The notes beneath the pieces are model-generated. The model did no database searches. It was not told the DNA's origin and saw nothing but the letters and a program-made list of their open reading frames with translations. A DNA stretch of 64,000 nt from an uncultured Pseudomonadota bacterium (GTDB taxonomy: Bacteria; Myxococcota_A; Polyangia; Fen-1088), in NCBI GenBank assembly GCA_963847705.1, contig CAWKBC010000034.1:64001-128000 (forward strand), written 5' to 3'. The first letter of the stretch is position 1; each line of letters begins with the position of its first letter. Made by a program: the position numbers and the translations under genes. Shown piece by piece: positions 28,784 to 37,786 of this stretch.

Positions 28784-29542
28784 GTGCACAGCGTTCTCAT
28801 CACGGGCGCCGGCAGCGGGATCGGCGCCGGGCTGGCCACGGAGCTGGCCCGTGCCGGCCACCACCTCCTGGTGAGCGACCTCAACCTCGATGGCGCCGAA
28901 GCGGTGGCCGGTCGCATCCGCGCCGCCGGCGGTTCGGCCCAGGCGGTGCCGCTCGACGTGACCTCCGAGAAGAACGTCACCAGCGCGGTGGCCTCGTTTG
29001 CGCGGCCGGTCGACGTCCTCATCAACAACGCCGGCCTGCAGTTCGTCGCCCCGCTGGAAGAGTTTCCGCTCCCCCAGTGGGAGCACCTGATCCACGTCAT
29101 GTTGACCGGGGCCGTGGCGCTCACCCGCGCCGTGCTGCCGGGGATGCGCGCGCGCGGCTTCGGTCGCATCATCAACATGGGGAGCATTCACGCTCTGGTG
29201 GCCAGCCCCTTCAAGAGCGCCTACGTCGCCGCCAAGCACGCGCTGGTCGGGTTCTCCAAGGTCATCGCGCTCGAGACCGCCAACACGGACATCACGGTCA
29301 ACACGCTCTGTCCGAGCTACGTCAAGACGCCCCTGGTCGACAAGCAGATCGCCGATCAGGCGCGCATCCGGGGGATGCCGGAGTCGGAGGTGATCTCGCA
29401 GATCATGCTCAAACCGATGCCGAAGGGGGTCTTCATCGGCATCGACGAGCTGGCCGGCGCCACCAGCTTTCTCGTCTCACCGGCCGCGCGGAACATCACC
29501 GGACAGACGATTGTCATCGACGGAGGTTGGACCGTTCAATGA
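28784..29542 (+). CDS. bdhA: 3-hydroxybutyrate dehydrogenase
   Basis: GTG start with AAGGAGG RBS; NNAGLQFVAP, SIH.LVASPFKSAYVAAKH, CPSYVKTPLVDKQI. Confidence 0.92.
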   Translation: MHSVLITGAGSGIGAGLATELARAGHHLLVSDLNLDGAEAVAGRIRAAGGSAQAVPLDVTSEKNVTSAVASFARPVDVLINNAGLQFVAPLEEFPLPQWEHLIHVMLTGAVALTRAVLPGMRARGFGRIINMGSIHALVASPFKSAYVAAKHALVGFSKVIALETANTDITVNTLCPSYVKTPLVDKQIADQARIRGMPESEVISQIMLKPMPKGVFIGIDELAGATSFLVSPAARNITGQTIVIDGGWTVQ

Positions 29543-29649
29543 ACGCGGCAGCTCGACCGCAAATGTGCAATGTGGACGACACCCGGGTGATCGTTTGTGA
29601 AACTGCACTGCTGAGCCGCAGTTCTTAGAAGTCCTTCGGGGAAATCGCC

Positions 29650-29655
29650 TATAAT
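29650..29655 (+). promoter_or_regulatory. candidate sigma70 -10 box upstream of phaZ
   Basis: Perfect TATAAT in an AT-richer intergenic stretch about 40 nt before phaZ; no good -35 seen. Confidence 0.4.
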
Positions 29656-29693
29656 CCGTTTGTCGCAATTGCGCGGCAGAACGGATTACTCGA

Positions 29694-30944
29694 GTGCTGT
29701 ACCGACTCCACGAGTACAACCGCGCGCTGTTTGCGCCCGCGGTCGAGCTGGCTGAGGCCGGCGCCCGAATGTTCTCAGAACCAGGAAGCTGGCTGGCGCG
29801 GCTCCCCGGGGCCAGCAACGTCGCTGCCGGCTACGAGCTGCTCTACCGGCTCGGCAAGAGCTACGAAAAGCCAGCCTTCGGCATTCACGAGGTCACCGTG
29901 GGCGGCGCCCGGGTGGCGGTCATGGAGCAGACGGCGCTGGCGAAGCCGTTCTGCCGCCTCATCCGCTTCAAGCGCTACAGCGATCAGGGCGACGTCGTGG
30001 CCGAGCTCAAACGGGATCCGGCGGTCCTGGTGGTGGCCCCGCTCTCGGGTCACCACTCCACGCTCCTCCGCGACACCGTCCGCACCCTCCTCGTCGACCA
30101 CAAGGTCTACGTCACCGACTGGATCGACGCGCGTGACATCCCGGCCGACCGTGGCCCGTTCACGCTCGACGACTACGTCGGCTATATCCGCGAGTTCATC
30201 CGCCACATCGGCGCCGATCGCCTGCACGTGCTGGCGGTCTGTCAGCCGGCGGTGCCGGTGCTGGCGGCCACGGCCCTGATGGCAGCGGCCGACGAACCCC
30301 AGCCGCGCAGCCTCATCATGATGGGCGGGTCGATCGACGCCCGCCGCAGCCCCACGCGGGTCAACGAATTCGCCACCGGCCACCCGATGAGCTGGTTCGA
30401 GAGCAACCTCATTCACAAGGTGCCGGATCCCTATCCGGGGCGTGGCCGCCGGGTCTATCCGGGCTTCCTGCAGCACGCGGGCTTCATGGCGATGAACCCG
30501 GTGCGCCACATCGGCTCGCACTGGGACTTCTACCAGCACCTGATCGAGGGGGACCTCGCCAGCGCCGAGGAGCATCGCCGTTTCTACGACGAGTACAACG
30601 CCGTGCTCGACATGCCGGCCGAGTACTACCTGGACTGCATCCGCATCGTCTTCCAGCAGCATCTGCTGCCGCGCGGGCTCTGGCACGTCTCCGGCGAGCG
30701 GGTGGCGCCCGAGGCGATCACGCGCTCCTCGCTCCTGACCATCGAAGGGGAGCTGGACGACATCTCGGGCATCGGTCAGACGCGGGCGGCGCACGATCTC
30801 TGCGTCGGTATTCCCCCGGAGCGCAAGCACCACCTGACCGTCATGGGGGCCGGTCACTACGGTATCTTCAGCGGACGGCGCTGGCGCGAGACCATCTATC
30901 CTCAGGTGCGCGACTTCATCGCGACGGCCGACTTGGCGGTCTGA
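29694..30944 (+). CDS. phaZ: intracellular polyhydroxyalkanoate depolymerase
   Basis: VAPLSGHH.TLLR, VCQP, GRRVYPGFLQ, EGELDDISG.GQT, GHYGIFSGRRW. Confidence 0.95.
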   Translation: MLYRLHEYNRALFAPAVELAEAGARMFSEPGSWLARLPGASNVAAGYELLYRLGKSYEKPAFGIHEVTVGGARVAVMEQTALAKPFCRLIRFKRYSDQGDVVAELKRDPAVLVVAPLSGHHSTLLRDTVRTLLVDHKVYVTDWIDARDIPADRGPFTLDDYVGYIREFIRHIGADRLHVLAVCQPAVPVLAATALMAAADEPQPRSLIMMGGSIDARRSPTRVNEFATGHPMSWFESNLIHKVPDPYPGRGRRVYPGFLQHAGFMAMNPVRHIGSHWDFYQHLIEGDLASAEEHRRFYDEYNAVLDMPAEYYLDCIRIVFQQHLLPRGLWHVSGERVAPEAITRSSLLTIEGELDDISGIGQTRAAHDLCVGIPPERKHHLTVMGAGHYGIFSGRRWRETIYPQVRDFIATADLAV

Positions 30945-31321
30945 CGCTCGGCGATCATCGTCAGCCAGACGTCGATCACGAACAGCGCCACCGCCACGTC
31001 ATTGAAGAGCGTCGCCCGGGGAGAGTCGGGCCAAAATTGATTGGCCGCCCAAAACAGAAACGCCGCCGCCAGCACGAGCGCGCGCCCGAGCTCGGCGCGC
31101 GTCGCCCGCTCGGCCAGGCGATGCGCCAGCCAGGCGACCGCGATCAGCGCCAGCGGCAGCGCCGCCAGCGTGTCGTGCGCCTTGGGCGGAAATCGCTGGG
31201 GAGAAAGATCCCAGACCAGCAGCAGCGCGACGGTCGCCAGCGTGATGACCCCCAGCGCGGCGGGAATGAAAGCGGCGGCGGCAGAGCGGCGTGAGGCTCC
31301 GGTGGAGCGAGCGGAGAACAT
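30902..31321 (-). CDS. small integral membrane protein
   Basis: Four hydrophobic segments (AAAFLFWAANQF, DVAVALFVID); 3' end overlaps phaZ. Confidence 0.65.
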   Translation of the reverse strand: MFSARSTGASRRSAAAAFIPAALGVITLATVALLLVWDLSPQRFPPKAHDTLAALPLALIAVAWLAHRLAERATRAELGRALVLAAAFLFWAANQFWPDSPRATLFNDVAVALFVIDVWLTMIAERQTAKSAVAMKSRT

Positions 31322-31598
31322 CCGCCGAAGCTACGCGGGGCGATTGGACTCCGCAACGCCGACGGCCCGCAGGCGCTCACGATGCAAGCCGACCGTGCAG
31401 TTCGCAACCTGGCAGCGCGCACCTGATCGTTTTTCGGGAGCCTCGGCCGCCGGTCGGCGCCACCGACGGCGTGGTCGCCTCCGGCAGCGCCTGCGGACGC
31501 GACGGCTGGGACATCGACGGGATCCGCTGGAGTCGCCAGCCACCACCCGCCGGCCACGACGACGCCGCGGGCGCCAGGGAGGCAGAACCTCTGAGCGG

Positions 31599-32768
31599 CT
31601 AATCGCGGCTGTGACCGGCGCCGGCGATCTCGGCGGCCACCGCCTGGGCGCGGAGGGCGATCTCGCGCAAGTGGCCGGTCGGGACGATCTCGTAGCCGAC
31701 GAAGAACAGGTTGGGGCAGGCGCCGCCGGCGCGCCAGTCGCGCGGAGAGCCGCGTTCGTCGAGGACGCCTGGGACGGCCACGAGCTCCTCCAGCGCCGCC
31801 CGGAAGCCGGTGGCCAGCACGACGGCGTCGAGCTCGGCCACGCTGTCGTCGGCGAACACGGCGCCCGTCTCGGTGAGGCGCGCGACGCCCGGCTTCACCG
31901 CGATCTCGCCCCGCTTGATCGCGGCGATGGTGCCGACGTCGATGAGCGGGATCCGCTGCCGTTGTTTGATGGCCGAGATCGGCCCCATCGCCGGCCGCGG
32001 AAAGCCGAGCGGCGCCAGGTTCCCGAACGCCAGGCGTGAGGCCAGCCGTCCGATCCCGTCGGCCAGCTTGAGCGGCGCGTTGCGCAGCCGGATGCTGGTG
32101 AGCTGGATCGGCATGCCGAGCAGATCGCGCGGCACGACGTTCACCGGGGCGCGCACCGCCAGGGTGGGCCTGGCGCCGCGCTCGGCGAGATCGAGCGCGA
32201 TCTCCGCCCCCGTGTTCCCTGCACCGACCACCAGGACCCGCTGCCCGGCAAACGAATCGGCGTTGCGGTAGCTGGACGAATGCACGACCGGGCCGCCAAA
32301 CCGGTCCTGCCCGGGGAGCCGCTCCGGATTCGGAACGCGGTTGTATCCGGTGGCAACGACCACCGCGCGGGCGCGATGGCGGGCACGGGCGCTCTCGACG
32401 ATGAAGCCGCCCTCGGCGGCGCCGATCCGCCGCACCGGCTCGCCTGTGCGCGGGGCAATCGAAAACCGCGCCGCATACGACTCGAGGTAGGCGACGAAGT
32501 CGGCGCGCGACACGTAGCGCGGCAGCTCCTCGCCGAACGGGAGCCCGGGGAGCTGCGACTGCTGCTTGACCGTGTGCAGGTGCAATCGGTCGTAATGGTT
32601 CCGCCACGAGTTGGCCAGCGATGGCCCAGCTTCGAGCACCAGCGCCTCGACGTTCCGTTGTTTGAGGCAGCCCGCGGTGGCCAGACCGGCCGGACCGGCG
32701 CCCACGATCACCACCGGGAGCGGCACGGTCGAGCCTTGAGCTGGAGGCCCCGCGGCGGTCATCGCCAT
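31599..32768 (-). CDS. flavin-containing monooxygenase (YUCCA/FMO-like)
   Basis: GAGPAG, WRNHYDRL.LH, F.G.V.HSSSY, GAGNTG, ATG motifs. Confidence 0.92.
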   Translation of the reverse strand: MAMTAAGPPAQGSTVPLPVVIVGAGPAGLATAGCLKQRNVEALVLEAGPSLANSWRNHYDRLHLHTVKQQSQLPGLPFGEELPRYVSRADFVAYLESYAARFSIAPRTGEPVRRIGAAEGGFIVESARARHRARAVVVATGYNRVPNPERLPGQDRFGGPVVHSSSYRNADSFAGQRVLVVGAGNTGAEIALDLAERGARPTLAVRAPVNVVPRDLLGMPIQLTSIRLRNAPLKLADGIGRLASRLAFGNLAPLGFPRPAMGPISAIKQRQRIPLIDVGTIAAIKRGEIAVKPGVARLTETGAVFADDSVAELDAVVLATGFRAALEELVAVPGVLDERGSPRDWRAGGACPNLFFVGYEIVPTGHLREIALRAQAVAAEIAGAGHSRD

Positions 32769-32907
32769 AGGATAGCGAGCAACGCCTCCCCGCGTCACGC
32801 CGACCGCCGATCAGCTCGAGCAATAAAGACCGAGGCTTCCCGGGCACCGTCTGCTACTCTCCCGCGTCCGATCGACACTCGTCGACGATTCGAGAAGCCA
32901 AGGAGCA

Positions 32908-33157
32908 ATGCCCGCCACGCGACATTACCTACACGGTGACTACCTCGAGGCGAGCGATCGACGGCCCGGAAGCGTCGTCTACTGCGCCTTCTGCGACGGC
33001 TTCTGTCTCCCCGAGCACCTCTACGACGAGCACGAGCTGGAGCAGAACATCGCTCGGCTCAACGCGAGCAAGAAGTCGCTCGACCGGGCCCGGCAGAAGA
33101 ATCGAACGCCCCGTCGACGCCCCCAACTACCTCGACGGCACACCGGATCCCCTCTAG
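32908..33157 (+). CDS. small Cys/His-rich hypothetical protein, probably frameshifted near 33105
   Basis: AAGGAG RBS; YCAFCDGFC..EH. GC3 codon pattern switches frame to RPVDAPNYLDGTPDPL* (ends at 33210 if unshifted). Confidence 0.55.
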
Positions 33158-33226
33158 GGCCTCCTCATTTGCGGCCGAGAGACGATACTTCTCGCGCATC
33201 GCCAACTTGAGAGTAGCCTGACAGGC

Positions 33227-33439
33227 ATGTCGCTCGCCCACCTCCGCGCTCTGAAAACGGCGCGCATCCGCCCACCGGCGGGCGCACCCGCCGCCGCGAG
33301 AACCGCCACCCCCGCCGCCTCTCTGTGCGGCGCGAGCCGCGAGCCGATCTACCGCACCATGGACGAGGCCAACGAATCGGGCCTCGAGCTTTGCGGCAGC
33401 TGCCTGGCCGACTTCCGCCGGCAGCAGAAGACCCACTGA
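33227..33439 (+). CDS. small hypothetical protein (possible Zn-binding)
   Basis: H..., LCG..., LCGSC pattern; GC3-rich codons. Confidence 0.55.
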   Translation: MSLAHLRALKTARIRPPAGAPAAARTATPAASLCGASREPIYRTMDEANESGLELCGSCLADFRRQQKTH

Positions 33440-33487
33440 GCCGTCGCGCCGCTCAGGTCTGACCCACTGAGCCGTCGCGCCGCTCAG
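33430..33487. repeat. 27-bp direct duplication, each copy a hairpin
   Basis: GACCCACTGAGCCGTCGCGCCGCTCAG at 33430-33456 and 33461-33487. Confidence 0.9.
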
Positions 33488-33695
33488 CTCGTCGCCCTCT
33501 CGACGGCCGCGGGCTCTGGGGTGGGGCGCGTCCGCGTTCCAGGCGGGCCGCCCAGAATCGTGCAAATCACGACCGCCTCCGTTTCCCGGGACGCCGCATC
33601 ATCGTAACTATTTGAAGTTACTATGTTCACGCGCAATTGGAAACAATTGCGAAATGCAATGCCGGCAAGATGCTCTTGGGAGCGGCTTGCGAGCG

Positions 33696-34463
33696 ATGCA
33701 CGAAACGATGCCCAAGGCGACCGCCGACCAGAGCGCCACCCACATCCTTCAGAGCACCGAGGCGGCGGCGCCAGGTGCCGCGAAGTCGCTCTTCGGCGTC
33801 GTCGCCTGTGAGGTCATCGCGAGTCTCCTGGTGGGGCTCTACCGCAGCCCCGCGCTGGGACTCCTCTCCGCCGGCATCGGCCTGGTCATCGCCTTCGCGT
33901 GGCTGCGAAGGTACCGGCGGCACTCCGACGCGATCGCGGGCGATCAGATCCAGAAGGCCAGCAGGCTGCTCGCCGAGGGGAGTCACGCCGAAGCCTGGGA
34001 CGCCGCGGACGCCGCCGCCCGCGCGGCCGCCGGAACGCCGCTGCGCGACGCCGCGCTGACCGTCATGGTGCAGGTGGCGATCGCCGAGAAGCGCTGCGAG
34101 ACGGCGCGCGAGGTCCTGGAACGGATGCGCCATCGCGGCCTCGTCGACCCCTGTCTGGAGGCCGCGATCGAGCGGGCCGGCGGCCGCGCCGACCACGCCA
34201 CGGCGGCCCTCGAGCGCGCCCGCGGTCTGCCGACCTTCGGCGGAGCGGCGGCCCGTCTGCTGGTCGAGCTCTACGCCGAGGCGGAGCGCCTCGATCGGGC
34301 GGTGCAGATCGCCCTCGAGCACCTGGACCTCCTCGAGGTGCACGACGTCCGCAACATGATCGCTTCGCTGCAGGCCTGGGACGAACCCCAGCACGCCGCC
34401 GCGCTGGTCGTGGCGTTGACGATCCGCAGCTCCCGCACCGAGCGTCAGATTCGCATTCCGTAG
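33696..34463 (+). CDS. membrane-anchored TPR-like hypothetical protein
   Basis: Two TM helices, then Ala/Leu-rich helical repeats; start codon uncertain. Confidence 0.65.
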   Translation: MHETMPKATADQSATHILQSTEAAAPGAAKSLFGVVACEVIASLLVGLYRSPALGLLSAGIGLVIAFAWLRRYRRHSDAIAGDQIQKASRLLAEGSHAEAWDAADAAARAAAGTPLRDAALTVMVQVAIAEKRCETAREVLERMRHRGLVDPCLEAAIERAGGRADHATAALERARGLPTFGGAAARLLVELYAEAERLDRAVQIALEHLDLLEVHDVRNMIASLQAWDEPQHAAALVVALTIRSSRTERQIRIP

Positions 34464-34525
34464 CGGTCGGTGATTGCCAGTCGACCCCGCCGCGTGCCAC
34501 GGTGGCGGCAGGAGCAGAACCGACG

Positions 34526-35266
34526 ATGACCCTGAAAGTGATCGGGGCGGGCTACGGCCGCACCGGGACCCTGTCGACCTACACGGCCCTCAACGAGCTG
34601 GGCTTCCCCTGCTACCACATGTTCGAGGTGCTCGAGAACAAGGCCAACAAGAGCCACCTCGACTTCTGGCGCGGCGTGGCCAACACGCCGGCCGGAACCC
34701 GTCACGACTGGAACAGCGTCCTCTCCCACTACACGGCGGCGGTCGACAACCCGACCTGCTGCGTCTGGCGCGAGCTGAAGGAGGCCAATCCCGAAGCCAA
34801 GGTGCTGCTGACGCTGCATCCGCGCGGGCCGGAGGCCTGGTACGAGAGCACCATCGACACGATCTACTTCACCGAGAACCGCTGGCAGTTCAAGCTCCTC
34901 AAGCTGGTGGCGCCCTTCGCCCGGAAGATGGGCGACATGTCGCGCAAGCTGATCTGGCAGCGCAATCACAAGGGGACGATGAACGATCGTGCCCGGGCGA
35001 TCGCCCAGTACAGCCAGCACATCGAGGACGTCAAGGCCGCGGTCCCCCCGGAGCAACTCCTGATCTTCACCGTCGATCAGGGCTGGGAGCCGCTCTGCAA
35101 GTTTCTCGGGGTGCCGGTCCCGGTGGGGCCGTTCCCCAACGTCAACGACCGCGAGCAGATCAAGAAGGTGATCGCCGGAATGACGGTCGGCGCCTACGTG
35201 GTGCTGGCCGCGGGCGCCGTCCTCGTCGCCGGGTTGATCTACGGCGCGACCCGGCTCTTCGGGTGA
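34526..35266 (+). CDS. sulfotransferase-family P-loop protein
   Basis: LKVIGAGYGRTGT.S, CYHM, W.ES, GWEPLCKFLG.P.P..PFP.VN; C-terminal TM helix. Confidence 0.88.
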   Translation: MTLKVIGAGYGRTGTLSTYTALNELGFPCYHMFEVLENKANKSHLDFWRGVANTPAGTRHDWNSVLSHYTAAVDNPTCCVWRELKEANPEAKVLLTLHPRGPEAWYESTIDTIYFTENRWQFKLLKLVAPFARKMGDMSRKLIWQRNHKGTMNDRARAIAQYSQHIEDVKAAVPPEQLLIFTVDQGWEPLCKFLGVPVPVGPFPNVNDREQIKKVIAGMTVGAYVVLAAGAVLVAGLIYGATRLFG

Positions 35267-35284
35267 GGGATCGACCGACGGCGA

Positions 35285-36289
35285 TCAGCGTGGCCGCGAC
35301 TTGAACACCCGAAACAGCAGCCGCAACGAGGGAAACAGCACCAGCGCTCCGGCTCCCAGCGTGGCGAGCAGCAACGTCTGCGTCGCCCGCGGCGCCGACG
35401 CCGCTGCGAAGGTCAGGTCTGGCACGACGACGAAGGGGTACTGCGAGGCGCCCCAGCCCAGGACCACCAGGGCCACCTGCACCGCCGCGAATAGGCGCGC
35501 CAACCGGAAGCGCCGCCGACCGACGGCGACCAGCGCCGACACGGCAGCGAGCCCGGTCGCAGCATGCAGCGGCCAGGACCACCGGCGAAGCGACAGGCCC
35601 TGATAGACACGGGGGGCGCTCCCCTCCGACAGGAGAAACGTCGCCAGCGCCAGCGCCCCGCAGGCGATCCCGGAGGCCAGCGCCCGACGGCGAAAGTCCT
35701 CCTGCAGCTCGACCTCACCCTCGGCCTCGACGGTGAGGTAGACGGCCGCCAGGAACCCGCAGAGCGCCAGGGTGAACAGCCCCGCCGCCAGGGCGAACGG
35801 CGTCAACCAGGGACCGCTCCACCCGAGGCGCGCCGGCGAGAGATCCTGCGCGGTCGGGCCCGCGACCATTGCCGCAGCGATCATCCCCAGCAGCATGGGC
35901 GACGCCAGGCTGCCCGCGACGAAGACGCCGCTCCACCCACGCCGTTCGCGCGCACGGTCACCGGAGGCCGACCGGAACACGAACGCCGAGCCGCGGGCGA
36001 CGATGGCCAGCAACAGCGCCAGCAGCGGCCCGTGAAACCGGATGCTGATCGCTGCGAAGGCGGGCGGGAAGGCGGTGAAGAGGACCACCACCACCAGAAT
36101 CAGCCAGACGTGGTTGGCCTCCCAGATCGGCGCGATGGCCTCGGCGATGAGCGCCCGCTGGCGGGTCGCGCGCGGCCCCCTCGCCAGGAGGTGCCACACG
36201 CCCCCGCCGAAGTCGGCGCCGCCGAACAGAATGTAGAGGATGAGCGCGGCGAGAATGACCGCGCCGAGCAGCGCCGGCTCATCCCACAT
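35285..36289 (-). CDS. cydB: cytochrome bd ubiquinol oxidase subunit II
   Basis: GADFGGG, PIWEANHVWL, multi-TM. Confidence 0.93.
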   Translation of the reverse strand: MWDEPALLGAVILAALILYILFGGADFGGGVWHLLARGPRATRQRALIAEAIAPIWEANHVWLILVVVVLFTAFPPAFAAISIRFHGPLLALLLAIVARGSAFVFRSASGDRARERRGWSGVFVAGSLASPMLLGMIAAAMVAGPTAQDLSPARLGWSGPWLTPFALAAGLFTLALCGFLAAVYLTVEAEGEVELQEDFRRRALASGIACGALALATFLLSEGSAPRVYQGLSLRRWSWPLHAATGLAAVSALVAVGRRRFRLARLFAAVQVALVVLGWGASQYPFVVVPDLTFAAASAPRATQTLLLATLGAGALVLFPSLRLLFRVFKSRPR

Positions 36290-37619
36290 GCGCCGGCCCC
36301 GTCTTGAGGAACAGTCGGCCCAGCAGGATCGCCACCACGGTGCCCAGGCCAAGGTAGACCAGGCCGACCAAGGCGAACGGCGTCGCCAGACCGGCCACCG
36401 GTGTCACCGCGGCGCCGGTGCGGATGATGCCGTACACGATCCAGGGCTGGCGGCCGACCTCGGTGACCGTCCACCCCGCCTCCAGCGCCAGAAAGCCGAG
36501 CGGGCCCGTGAGCGCCACGGCCCAGAGCAGCGTTCGGTCCTCATTGGGGTAAGGCATCGAGCGGCCCGCGCTGCGGCGGCGCCACCAGGCGCCGCCCCAC
36601 CAGAGAGCCACCAGCGCCAGCACCGAACCGGCCCCGACCATCACCTGGAAGGCGACGTGCACCACGCGCGTCTCCGGCCAGTCGTCGACCGGAAACGAAT
36701 CGAGCCCCCGCACCTCCGCGTCGAGCTGGTGAAACGCCAGGAACGACAGCCCGTGCGGGATCTCCAGCGCGTAACGTGTCTTCCGCGCCGCCGGATCCGG
36801 CCAGCCGCCCAGGCGCAGGGGCGCGCCGCGCTCGGTCTGGAACTGCCCCTCGAGCGCCGCCAGCTTGGCCGGCTGGCGGACCGCCACCGAGCGGGCGCTG
36901 AAGTCGCCCGAGACCGGCTGCAGCAGCGCCGCCGGCACCGCGAACATCATCGCGATCCCCAGCGCCGCGCGGTGAAAGCGGCTGTGCGGCGCGCGCAGGA
37001 GGAGCGCCGCATGGACGGCCGCCATGGCCACCGCGGTGGCGAGATAGCTGGAGAGCAGCACGTGCACCACCTCGACCGCCCACCCCGGGCTGAACATCGC
37101 GGCCAGGGGGTCGACGTCGATCGGCAGGCCGCCCCGCACCTTGAACCCCGAAGGCGCGTTCATCCAGGCGTTGGCCAGCACCACGAACAGCGCCGAGAAG
37201 GCGCCGCTCACGGTGACCGCCACCCCCGACAGGAGGTGCAGGCGCGGCGACACCCGCTCCCAGCCGTAGAGATAGATGCCCAGGAAGATCGCCTCGGTGA
37301 AGAAGGCGAAGCCCTCCAGCGAAAACGGCATGCCGATGATCGCGCCGGCGAAGGCCATGAACCTCGGCCAGAGCAGACCGAGCTCGAAGGAGAGGACGGT
37401 CCCCGAGACGGCGCCGACCGCGAACAGGATGGCCGTCCCCTTGGCCCAGCGCCGGGCCAGCTCCAGGTAGATCTCGTCGCCGGTGCGGCGATAGCGGACC
37501 TCCGCCACCACCATCAACGCCGGCAGCGCCACCCCCACCGCCGCGAACACGATGTGAAAGGCCAACGACAGGGCCATCTGTCCGCGCGCAAAGATCAGAT
37601 CCGCTGTCGGCGCCTGCAC
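36279..37619 (-). CDS. cydA: cytochrome bd ubiquinol oxidase subunit I
   Basis: AFHIVF, EGFAFFTEA, ANAWM, QPAKLAALEG, EVGRQPW. Confidence 0.95.
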   Translation of the reverse strand: MQAPTADLIFARGQMALSLAFHIVFAAVGVALPALMVVAEVRYRRTGDEIYLELARRWAKGTAILFAVGAVSGTVLSFELGLLWPRFMAFAGAIIGMPFSLEGFAFFTEAIFLGIYLYGWERVSPRLHLLSGVAVTVSGAFSALFVVLANAWMNAPSGFKVRGGLPIDVDPLAAMFSPGWAVEVVHVLLSSYLATAVAMAAVHAALLLRAPHSRFHRAALGIAMMFAVPAALLQPVSGDFSARSVAVRQPAKLAALEGQFQTERGAPLRLGGWPDPAARKTRYALEIPHGLSFLAFHQLDAEVRGLDSFPVDDWPETRVVHVAFQVMVGAGSVLALVALWWGGAWWRRRSAGRSMPYPNEDRTLLWAVALTGPLGFLALEAGWTVTEVGRQPWIVYGIIRTGAAVTPVAGLATPFALVGLVYLGLGTVVAILLGRLFLKTGPAHVG

Positions 37620-37786
37620 GTTCGAATGCTCCGTGGCGTCAGCATAGCCGCGCCGGGGCCGGGCAGCCGCTCATTCGTCGGCGGACGGGCGAATCACCTG
37701 CGGAGCGCTCCAGCCGAGCTGTGCTCCAGCCCGCGAAACGCCGGGGGCGTTCCGAGCCCGGCGATCTGCCCGCGGGCGCGCTCGCC

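Noticed and set aside
31322-31598. Possible small gene between the membrane protein and the FMO
   Set aside because: No convincing start, RBS or consistent codon bias in any frame.
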